A stretch of DNA of 64,000 nucleotides from Candidatus Bathyarchaeota archaeon (lineage in GTDB: Archaea; Thermoproteota; Bathyarchaeia; Bathyarchaeales; Bathycorpusculaceae): the NCBI GenBank assembly GCA_963715865.1, contig OY970280.1, forward strand, positions 1,376,001-1,440,000, given 5' to 3'. The notes beneath the pieces were generated by a model. It saw nothing but the letters and a program-made list of their open reading frames with translations. It ran no database searches and was not told the origin of the DNA. Positions 56,674-64,000 of this stretch are shown here, in pieces. The position numbers were made by a program, and so were the translations under genes. The first letter of the stretch is position 1, and each line of letters starts with the position of its first letter.

Positions 56674-56822
56674 GGTACTTTTTAGCTGGTAAATATAGGT
56701 CTAAAAAGCAGGCAGGTAGAGGGCAGGGTCATTTTTGTTTGCAAATCTGCTTTTCAAAAAATTAGGTACCGATGAGGATAGGCGCAGTATTCTCTTGGAA
56801 TTTACGCTTTAGCTTTGTTTTG

Positions 56823-56841
56823 TGCGTCGATAGGTTTTTAT
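56823..56841 (+). repeat. 19-bp direct repeat, copy 1
   Basis: TGCGTCGATAGGTTTTTAT, exact copy at 57570-57588. Confidence 0.85.
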
Positions 56842-56915
56842 CTTACTCGGGGTGGCGAAATCTCCCGCAACCCTCTCTCTTTTTCTTTTTTTAATAGCCT
56901 AAGGAGGGTTTTATT

Positions 56916-57068
56916 TTGAATCAGAAGCAGATTGAAGCGGTTTCGGTTATGGTGCGGATTTTCCTTGCTGGTTTGGCGTTAAATTTTGATGCTAATTTTC
57001 ATGAGCTTGAGGAGATTACGAAGAGGGCTTTGTTTGAAATTGAGAATGCTGAGCAGGGGGTGTCTTGA
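56916..57068 (+). CDS. Small hypothetical protein (50 aa)
   Basis: TTG start after a strong AAGGAGG RBS; LNQKQIEAVSVMVRIFLAGLALNFDANFHELEEITKRALFEIENAEQGVS. Confidence 0.5.
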   Translation: MNQKQIEAVSVMVRIFLAGLALNFDANFHELEEITKRALFEIENAEQGVS

Positions 57069-57223
57069 ATGGCTGGGGCAAGACTGAGAGGGATCTATTA
57101 AATTTTAACTTCCTTCCTTAAAATAGGCAAATGTTTCATCATCAAAAAAATTGCAAGGATTTTGAGTGACAGAGGTTGAAGATTTGTGCGATTTAGTGCT
57201 CGACAAAGATTATTGTGATGCCT

Positions 57224-57457
57224 TTAGTTCAACATTTTTGCGTCCAGCTTTTTCTCTAATTGCCGAATTGCCGCACTACCCACCATATCGGTCATGCCCA
57301 TTCCCAAGAAAACGCCTGACCATACGGAAGTTACAGCATTAGGAATGGTTGCAAGAATTGCATTCGCGCTTAAAATGAATCCAACAAAAGTTAACACGAC
57401 TCCAATAAAGAAAACCTGAAACCAGTCTCGCTTATACAAAGGCTTAGTTATAGTCAT
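57224..57457 (-). CDS. Small 2-TM membrane protein (77 aa)
   Basis: MTITKPLYKRDWFQVFFIGVVLTFVGFIL...; two hydrophobic helices and a charged tail. Confidence 0.6.
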   Translation of the reverse strand: MTITKPLYKRDWFQVFFIGVVLTFVGFILSANAILATIPNAVTSVWSGVFLGMGMTDMVGSAAIRQLEKKLDAKMLN

Positions 57458-57569
57458 ATATGACGCCAAACTAATTTTGTTTAGTGGAGATATAAGTAGT
57501 TTGATTATGTTTGAGTTGGGTAAGAATCTTTTATGACAGCTCAAAAAACTAGACGATAAGCCTGAAAAA

Positions 57570-57588
57570 TGCGTCGATAGGTTTTTAT
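57570..57588 (+). repeat. 19-bp direct repeat, copy 2 (upstream of rpsJ)
   Basis: Exact match to 56823-56841. Confidence 0.85.
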
Positions 57589-57657
57589 GTTCCGCTTAAA
57601 TCTCTAAGGTGTCACCAACATATATAAAACGGCAAAAGAATGGATTGATGGACCAAA

Positions 57658-57966
57658 ATGGTTAGAAAAGCACGAATACGCCTCACAAGCACAGATTACG
57701 GCAAACTAGAAGAGGTATGCGGAGAACTGAAAAGCATAGCTCAAAAGACAGGCGTAAAAATCAATGGTCCAGTGCCATTACCCACAAAACGATTGCGAGT
57801 GCCAGTTTTAAAAGCGCCTTCAGGTGAAGGAACCGCAACGTGGGACAGGTGGGAAATGCGCATTCACAAACGCTTAATCGACATTGACTCTGAAGAACGA
57901 GTTATGCGTAGAATCATGCGCATCCGTGTGCCAGAAGAAGTCCACGTGACAATCGAACTAATCTAA
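57658..57966 (+). CDS. rpsJ: 30S ribosomal protein S10 (uS10)
   Basis: ARIRLTS, GPVPLPT and [15 protein letters not shown]. Confidence 0.97.
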   Translation: MVRKARIRLTSTDYGKLEEVCGELKSIAQKTGVKINGPVPLPTKRLRVPVLKAPSGEGTATWDRWEMRIHKRLIDIDSEERVMRRIMRIRVPEEVHVTIELI

Positions 57967-58249
57967 AAACACGGTTTTTGCAAGCAATCTCCTGCTCTAA
58001 ATTTACATTTTTTGCTGACTGGATTGTTTGAACAAAACTTTTACGCGATCGAACAAATCTAGCCTACTCCCCAATTGTCTCGACAAAAGCTTTCTGCCCC
58101 GACACCGCAAATTTATCTATGTTAAGCTGTTTTCTTACGGCTTCACAGGTTTTGTTTTAGATGCGTGCTGCTTGCGGCGCTCGCTGTTAGGATGTACGTG
58201 GTAAACCTTTTCTAGCTTTAACGCTTATTATCTTTTCACTGGTGCTTTC

Positions 58250-58735
58250 ATGTCAGGTGAAATCGAAAGAGAACTTGAAAACTGGTTTGCTGACGCAAAG
58301 AAAGTTGTTGTAGCTGGGATAGGGAACCCCATACGCTCAGACGATTATGTAGGATTAAACATTGTTGAAAAACTAAAAGGCAAATTGCCAGAAACCGTTT
58401 GCCTGCTGGAATGCGAGACGGTTCCAGAAAGCTACCTATTAGACATAGAAGAGTTCAACCCCACGCATGTGCTGTTGATTGATGCTGCTTTTTTAGGGTT
58501 AAATCCCGGGGAAGCCAGCCTTGTTGACGCTGAAAAGATTGCCAGTTTTTCGGCAATTACGACGCATCTGTTGCCTCTGCGGATTTTTTGTGAGTACGTT
58601 AAGCAGGCGACTGGCGCAAAAATCGCTTTGCTTTTAATTGAGCCGAAGAGTATGGAGTTTGGTGAAGGTTTAACCGCTGAAGTCCAAGCGGCAGCAGAAC
58701 GGATAACGAAAATATTGCTTGAACTGCTTGGTTAG
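58250..58735 (+). CDS. Hydrogenase maturation protease (HycI-like)
   Basis: GIGNPIRSDDYVG, ETVPE, LIDAA and TTHLLPL. Confidence 0.9.
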   Translation: MSGEIERELENWFADAKKVVVAGIGNPIRSDDYVGLNIVEKLKGKLPETVCLLECETVPESYLLDIEEFNPTHVLLIDAAFLGLNPGEASLVDAEKIASFSAITTHLLPLRIFCEYVKQATGAKIALLLIEPKSMEFGEGLTAEVQAAAERITKILLELLG

Positions 58736-58865
58736 GCTTCTTTTGAAAACAAGCATAAACAGCGAAAATTGGATAATAAAGGAATGTGGTTGATATGGCG
58801 CAACAACTGTTTAGACAGGTTAGTTAATTAGCCAGTTTTTAGTTAGCAAATATTGTGAAACAGTC

Positions 58866-59345
58866 ATGCCTGGAAAAGCAATAATAGTTATGGGTTCAGA
58901 GCGGGATTTGGATTTTTCTAGGGAAATAGCCAAGTACCTTAAACTTTTAGGAGTAAGCTACGAGTTTCGGGTTGCGTCTGCTCATAAAACTCCGGAGAAA
59001 GTGCTTGAAATAATAAAAGACTTCGAAAACGAAAAAGTAGTTTACGTTACTGTTGCTGGCCGCTCGAATGCACTCAGCGCTTTTGTTGATGGCAATTCAT
59101 CTAAGCCTGTGATTGCATGTCCACCGTACTCCGAAAAATACAGCGGAGTAGACATTTACTCTTCGCTTAGAGTGCCAAGCGGCATAGGTTCTGTTGTAAC
59201 TATTGAGCCTGAAGGTGCAGCGATTGCTGTAGCGAAAATTTTCGCTTTAGATGACAGCGCGATGGCGGAGAGCGTTAAGAATTATCAAGCATCCAAGAAG
59301 AAAGAGCTTGATAAAGCTAATGAATCAGTAAAGAAACTAAAGTAA
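58866..59345 (+). CDS. purE: AIR carboxylase PurE (class II-type signature)
   Basis: MGSERD, SAHKTPE, AGRSNAL, PVIACP and SSLRVPSG. Confidence 0.92.
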   Translation: MPGKAIIVMGSERDLDFSREIAKYLKLLGVSYEFRVASAHKTPEKVLEIIKDFENEKVVYVTVAGRSNALSAFVDGNSSKPVIACPPYSEKYSGVDIYSSLRVPSGIGSVVTIEPEGAAIAVAKIFALDDSAMAESVKNYQASKKKELDKANESVKKLK

Positions 59346-59479
59346 ACATAACCGCATTCTATTTTTAATCGATTCAGAAACCCTTGTCAATGGCTAAACA
59401 TAGCGAATGCCAAGACTAAAGCGATATAAGCTAAAATAGAATATTCTGCTAGAACTAAAGATAACATAGGGATAACAGC

Positions 59480-60532
59480 ATGGGCAGCGTGAAAGACCTC
59501 GAAGTAATCAAGAAGCCAACCCGAGACATAATGGGCATTGGCAGGTTCCATTTTTCAGACCGTTATAGCGTTTTTGACTGGGGAGAAATGCCTGACCACA
59601 TTGACGGCAAAGGCGAAGCGCTCTGCATTATGGGAGCTTACTGCTTTGAACGCTTAGAGGAAAAAGGCATCAACACTCACTATAGAGGTCTAGTTGATGC
59701 AAACGGCAAAGTAGTCAAATTCAAGGAGCTAAAACAGCCTTCAAGCATCATGGAAGTTTGTTTGGTTAACGTTTACAAACCGCAAACAAGCGTAGTTAAC
59801 GGCAAAATCGTGCATGACTACAGCGTTTACACGCCTAACCTGAAAAACTGCCTAATTCCGCTCGAAATAATTTACAGAAACGGCTTGCCAGAAGGCTCAT
59901 CAGTTTTCAAACGGCTTCAACAAAGAAAAATCACAATAGAAGATTTAGGCTTAGACCACTACCCGAAGCCAGGTGAACAGTTGGCTAAGCCTATTTTTGA
60001 TGTTAGCACTAAACTTGAAGAGACCGACCGATACTTGTCATGGGCTGAAGCGCAGAGAATCGCTGGCTTAACTGACCAAGAACTAAACAACGTAAAGGCT
60101 ACGCTACTTAAAGCGGATGCAACCATAACCGAAGTGGCTTCTCATGCAAATTTGAAGAATGAGGATGGAAAAATCGAGTTAGCCTTCGACAACAAAAGAA
60201 AACTAATGATAGTCGATGTGGTTGGAACCTTAGACGAGTGCAGATTCACCTACGATGGCGTGCATGTGAGCAAGGAAGTTGCAAGGCAATTCTACAAGAA
60301 AACAAGCTGGTACAAGGATCTGGAGCAAGCCAAAAAAGCCACTGAAGTCAAAGGCATACAAGACTGGAAAGCACTCTGCAAATCGCAGCCTCCCAAACTT
60401 GACCCGCGGCTTAAGGCAATCATTAGCGAAATGTACATGGCAGCGGCAAATGAAATGACGACCCGTAAACTGTTTGATGCACCCAAGCTCAAAGAGGTAA
60501 TAGCGAAGTATAAGGATTACATGAAGGAATAA
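59480..60532 (+). CDS. purC: SAICAR synthetase
   Basis: FSDRYSVFD, PLEIIYRN, STKLE, DGKIE, GTLDECR and SKE. Confidence 0.93.
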   Translation: MGSVKDLEVIKKPTRDIMGIGRFHFSDRYSVFDWGEMPDHIDGKGEALCIMGAYCFERLEEKGINTHYRGLVDANGKVVKFKELKQPSSIMEVCLVNVYKPQTSVVNGKIVHDYSVYTPNLKNCLIPLEIIYRNGLPEGSSVFKRLQQRKITIEDLGLDHYPKPGEQLAKPIFDVSTKLEETDRYLSWAEAQRIAGLTDQELNNVKATLLKADATITEVASHANLKNEDGKIELAFDNKRKLMIVDVVGTLDECRFTYDGVHVSKEVARQFYKKTSWYKDLEQAKKATEVKGIQDWKALCKSQPPKLDPRLKAIISEMYMAAANEMTTRKLFDAPKLKEVIAKYKDYMKE

Positions 60533-60535
60533 ACA

Positions 60536-61633
60536 ATGTTAAGCGAAAAAATTAGGCAAGTAACAAAAAAATACAATCCTAAAGAGATTCGAATAGGCGT
60601 TTTAGGTTCACACTCAGCACTTGAAATAGCTTCAGGCGCAAAACAAGAAGGTTTTGAAACTGTAGTCGTGTGCCAGAAGGGCAGAGAAAAAACCTACACC
60701 AAATATTACAAAAACATCTTTGATCATGTGCTGATGCTGGATAAATTCTCTAAAATGACAAGCCAGAGCAACGTGAAAAAACTCACCGATTTAAACACGA
60801 TTTTTGTTCCAAACCGCTCATTCTCAGTCTACGCTGGCTACGAGGCAATAGAGAACCAGTTCGCTGTGCCCTTGATGGGTAACAGGTCAATGCTCCGAAC
60901 AGAAGAACGCAACACACCAAGAAACCAGCTGTACCTGCTCCAGAAAGCTGGAATAGCAACACCGAAAACCTTCAAGTCACCTAGCGAAATTGACCGCTTA
61001 GCAATCATAAAAGTTCCAGAAAAAGAACGGGCAATTGAGCGAGCCTTTTTCTATGCTTCTTCGCCTGAAGAGTATGAGAAGACGGCGCAAAAACGCATAA
61101 AACAAGGCATAATTACCCCTGAAGCCCTGAAAAACTCAGTAATAGAAGAATACGTTATCGGCGCCAAATTCAACGCTAACCTGTTTTGGTCACCCTTAAC
61201 CGACGAAATCGATTTGCTCGGTTTTGACAGGCGCATCCAAACAGACCTTGACGGCGTCTTAGACCTGCCAGCTCAAGAGCAATTAGAGCTAAGCATTCCG
61301 ACGCAGAACATTGAAATCGGCCACATGGGAGCAACCATGCGTGAGAGCCAAATAGAAAAAATCTTTGAAGCCGCAGAAAAATTCGTCAACACATGCAAAA
61401 AAGAGTACCCGCCAGGAATGATAGGTCTATTCGCATTGCAAGGTGCAGTTACTAAGGACTTGGAATTCTACGTTTTCGATGTTAGCCCACGTGTTCCCGG
61501 TTGTCCATGCGTTGAACCCACTTCGCCTTACATGAAATACAAGTATGGAATGGAAGTTGGTCCAGGCAGACGCGTTGCTATGGAAGTTAAGCGTGCGGTT
61601 AAGGAAGGCAGGCTTGCGGAAGTGGTAACGTGA
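60536..61633 (+). CDS. purP: PurP-like ATP-grasp protein (paralogue 1)
   Basis: LGSHSALEI, PNRSF, GFDRRIQT, EIGH and GLFALQ. Confidence 0.88.
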   Translation: MLSEKIRQVTKKYNPKEIRIGVLGSHSALEIASGAKQEGFETVVVCQKGREKTYTKYYKNIFDHVLMLDKFSKMTSQSNVKKLTDLNTIFVPNRSFSVYAGYEAIENQFAVPLMGNRSMLRTEERNTPRNQLYLLQKAGIATPKTFKSPSEIDRLAIIKVPEKERAIERAFFYASSPEEYEKTAQKRIKQGIITPEALKNSVIEEYVIGAKFNANLFWSPLTDEIDLLGFDRRIQTDLDGVLDLPAQEQLELSIPTQNIEIGHMGATMRESQIEKIFEAAEKFVNTCKKEYPPGMIGLFALQGAVTKDLEFYVFDVSPRVPGCPCVEPTSPYMKYKYGMEVGPGRRVAMEVKRAVKEGRLAEVVT

Positions 61634-62715
61634 TAACCAGCACGAACATCGCCAAAATACTTGAAAAATACGACCAGAAAAAGCTAGCTATCGGCACTTT
61701 AGGCTCCCACAGCTCACTCAACATTTTCAAGGGCGCCAAAGAAGAAGGCTTCCGCACAGTATGCATCTGCAAAGAAAAAGACGCCATAATGTACAAGAAA
61801 TACCCGCTTGTTGACGAGTTAATCATCGTCAAAGACTTCACCGAACTCTTAAACGAGGCATTACAGGAAAGATTACGTAAGCTAAACGTTGTTTTGGTTC
61901 CGCATGGCTCATTTACCGCTTATTTGAGCACTGAAGAGTTAACAGACAGCCTTTTTGTGCCCATGTTTGGAAACCGCCAGTTGCTCCATTGGGAAGCAAA
62001 CCGCAAATCACAGGAAGAATGGCTAAGAAAAGCGGGACTACGCTTACCAGCAACATTCAAAACTCCCGAAGACATCGACCGCTTAATCATCGCTAAGCTA
62101 CCAGGTGCAAAAGGTGGCAGAGGCTACTTTTTGGCTAACTCGCCTAAGAGCTTTCATCAGAAATTTGATTTAATGGTTAAACGTGGCTTGCTTGCAAAAG
62201 ATGATTTAGGTAAGATTCACCTTCAAGAGTACGCTTTAGGCGTAAACGTTTATCCCAGCTACTTCAGTTCAATCCTAAACGATGACGTGGAGTTGCTCTG
62301 TGTTGACAGGCGTTATGAATCAGCCGTGGATTCCATTGGCAAAATTCCCGCAAGCGAACAACTTGAGATAGATGTTAATCCCACGTACACTATAGTAGGC
62401 AATTTTCCCATTGTACTCCGAGAATCATTGCTACCTGAACTGATGCGCATGGGAGACAACGTTCACAAAAAAGCCAGAGAGCTTGCTCCACCCGGAATTA
62501 TTGGACCATTCTGCCTTGAAACCGTAATAACAGACGACTTGAAAATTTTCACGTTCGAAATTTCAGCACGCATTGTTGCTGGAACTAACGTTGGCATCGG
62601 CACTTCACCCTACGCTTACCTAAAGTATGGCGAAAACATGTACATGGGCAGACGCATAGCTAAAGAAATAAAAGAAGCTAAAGAACAGAAAAGACTGAAG
62701 GACATTTTAGCTTAA
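61630..62715 (+). CDS. purP: FAICAR synthetase PurP (paralogue 2)
   Basis: LGSHSSL, PHGSF, GAKGGRGYF, DRRYES, GPFCLE, FEISARIVAG and GRRIA.EI. Confidence 0.9.
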   Translation: MITSTNIAKILEKYDQKKLAIGTLGSHSSLNIFKGAKEEGFRTVCICKEKDAIMYKKYPLVDELIIVKDFTELLNEALQERLRKLNVVLVPHGSFTAYLSTEELTDSLFVPMFGNRQLLHWEANRKSQEEWLRKAGLRLPATFKTPEDIDRLIIAKLPGAKGGRGYFLANSPKSFHQKFDLMVKRGLLAKDDLGKIHLQEYALGVNVYPSYFSSILNDDVELLCVDRRYESAVDSIGKIPASEQLEIDVNPTYTIVGNFPIVLRESLLPELMRMGDNVHKKARELAPPGIIGPFCLETVITDDLKIFTFEISARIVAGTNVGIGTSPYAYLKYGENMYMGRRIAKEIKEAKEQKRLKDILA

Positions 62716-62759
62716 AACTATATGCTGAGAAACTTATTACCTACCATTTTATAAAAGGG

Positions 62760-62972
62760 TTAGAGTGCGGTTATGTCTGTGATTTCGATGGCTGCTATTT
62801 TGCCTTTTTTGTCATAGTGGATTATTGTTTTTCCGTCGTTTGTCGGTTCGCCTTCAGTTGTGTCAGCGTTTTTGAATCGTATGTAGAGGTCGCCTATGTC
62901 CTCGTCGTAGTCGATGGTTATCACTGTCCGCGGCAGCTTCAAGCCGTATTTTGCTTCAATCTGCTCAAGCAC
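62760..62972 (-). CDS. DUF2283 family small protein
   Basis: IDYDEDIGDLYIRF and HYDKKGKIAAIEI. Confidence 0.8.
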   Translation of the reverse strand: MLEQIEAKYGLKLPRTVITIDYDEDIGDLYIRFKNADTTEGEPTNDGKTIIHYDKKGKIAAIEITDITAL

Positions 62973-63077
62973 TTTTCGGACATCAACATCTAGGAGGGTT
63001 CTAATTTTCTGAATGCCTTAGACCTCCTCATTTTTCTTATGGTACTCGTATAGTATTCGGTTCTTATATAGACTAAA

Positions 63078-63846
63078 CTAAGAAAGGCAAAACTCAACCA
63101 AACCCTCAAAGCATCGTCTGGTTTTGTTTTTCTTGTAAGCCTTCAACACGTCAATCAATTCCGACCTATTTCTTTCTCCAAAAATTTCAGCCAAAATCTT
63201 CGATGCGGTGCTGTTGCCTGCAAAAAGGTACTGGCAAACCGCTGTAACATTCGCCACTCTCCGCTCTACGCTGGCTGTTTCAAAATCAACAATAAAGGGC
63301 TTCTGTGTCTTGTCCACAAGCAAGTGTTTAGGTGCTTTGCTGAGTTCGCCATGGTCCAAGCCGACTTGGTCGAGTCTGAAGCATTGTTCTAAGACTTCCA
63401 TCAAAACTTGTTTCACTGCTGTTGTATCTTTGTTTGTTTTTAGCCAATTGGGAAGCAGGTCGCCGTCTATTAGCTGCATGAGAAGAAAGTTTTTGCTTGA
63501 TGCTATCAGTTTGGGAGCCACGTTTACTGTGTTCGCTTTAGATATCATTCTTGCTTCATGAAGCAGGTCGGCTCGGTCTGCGTCTGCCCTGCGAATTTTG
63601 ACAGCCACTCTCTTCCCATTCAGGTGCGCGATTACTACGATGCCGACAAAGCCCTTGCCCAAGACTGGAACCGCAACGCCAAACACGCTGGCTGTCCCCG
63701 AAAACTCAAGAGCCGTGACGCCGTGGCTGCGCAGTTCTTGGAGGCGACTTTGCAGTTCAGCTTCGCTGGGGTTCGGGAAGCAAAGAACCGAACGCGTAAG
63801 GTTCTTGGATCAGTTGGTCAACTGGGATGATTATGGGCTCTTTCAC
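63078..63846 (-). CDS. Ser/Thr protein kinase (RIO/Bud32-like); N-terminus disconnected by an apparent 1-nt insertion at 63791-63792
   Basis: LGKGFVGIV, VAVKIRR, HGELS and IVDFE. The upstream frame GTG-KEPIIIPVDQLIQEPYA joins SVLCFPNPSE... if one T is removed, giving 255 aa. Confidence 0.8.
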
Positions 63847-63939
63847 CTGTCGCTTCCTTCTAGGCTGATGACTACTACGTCGGCGAGATTATAAATTTAA
63901 TAGGGCGACAACATTATTGGGATTCTGTTTGGTATAGCT

Positions 63940-64000
63940 ATGCCGAGATTCAAGCAGATACCACAGATTCAAGAGCTCATGGGTAGAAAAGAGCTTGTCC
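63940..64000 (+). CDS. fusA: Probable 5' end of elongation factor EF-2 (truncated by the window edge)
   Basis: MPRFKQIPQIQELMGRKELV resembles the archaeal EF-2 N-terminus preceding RNIGIIAH; only 20 codons are visible. Confidence 0.6.
   Translation, partial: MPRFKQIPQIQELMGRKELV

Noticed and set aside
52979-56679. 14-bp direct repeat GGGAGGCAGGTACT as an integrase att core
   Set aside because: Better explained as an 8-bp TSD plus the first 6 nt of the left TIR, given the TIRs and a DDE transposase; no integrase is present.
56850-56873. Hairpin as a tRNA fragment or ncRNA
   Set aside because: Only a 7-bp interrupted stem with no tRNA arms; it could equally be a terminator-like structure.
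57990-58200. Minus-strand fragment …CEAVRKQLNIDKFAVSGQKAF resembling an alpha/beta-hydrolase piece
   Set aside because: Too short, lacks the nucleophile motif and has no start.
58250-58735. Hydrogenase gene cluster
   Set aside because: Only the maturation protease is present; there are no hydrogenase subunit genes nearby, and orphan proteases are common.
60536-62715. Tandem purP paralogues as a novelty
   Set aside because: Paired PurP-family genes are already well known in archaea.
19269-63846. A shared programmed-recoding mechanism for the three frameshifts (tupA, transposase, kinase)
   Set aside because: The tupA and kinase shifts are single extra bases in dinucleotide runs with no slippery motif, so sequencing error or mutation is more likely. 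Only the transposase site has a recoding-like motif.
1-64000. tRNA, rRNA or CRISPR arrays
   Set aside because: No T-arm/cloverleaf, rRNA-like tract or regularly spaced repeat-spacer array was seen by eye; tRNAscan-SE and a CRISPR finder would be needed to exclude them formally.

Overview
Archaeal chromosomal segment. Markers include Rpo5, Dph5, CTP-dependent RibK, a PurP pair, geranylgeranyl reductase and archaeal S10. Gene style suggests Bathyarchaeia, which is an inference. Most of the window is housekeeping or transport: two tandem Amt ammonium channels, a polar amino-acid ABC transporter, Hcp, two ABC-2 exporters, ModE plus a Tup-type tungstate ABC system, thiolase/DUF35, cbiB-cobD, dph5-ribL-rhomboid-ribK, htpX, pckG, AsnRS-like asparagine synthetase, rpsJ, purE-purC-purP-purP and the first codons of EF-2. 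There are several toxin-antitoxin or defence genes (VapBC, MNT-HEPN, a relic RelBE, a 1882-aa DUF4011/helicase/Vsr-like protein). Two features stand out. (1) A stand-alone RNA polymerase subunit 5 of about 183 aa carries a eukaryotic RPB5-like N-terminal domain. (2) A fully delimited 3,679-bp transposon (52987-56665) has 24-bp terminal inverted repeats, subterminal repeats, an 8-bp target-site duplication, a central SWIM/Zn-ribbon/DDE IS6-like transposase split by a -1 frameshift, an AbrB-type regulator and six uncharacterised passenger genes. It sits inside an older accessory relic next to rpsJ. No tRNA, rRNA or CRISPR array was seen. All family assignments come from motif recognition by eye; no database searches were run.
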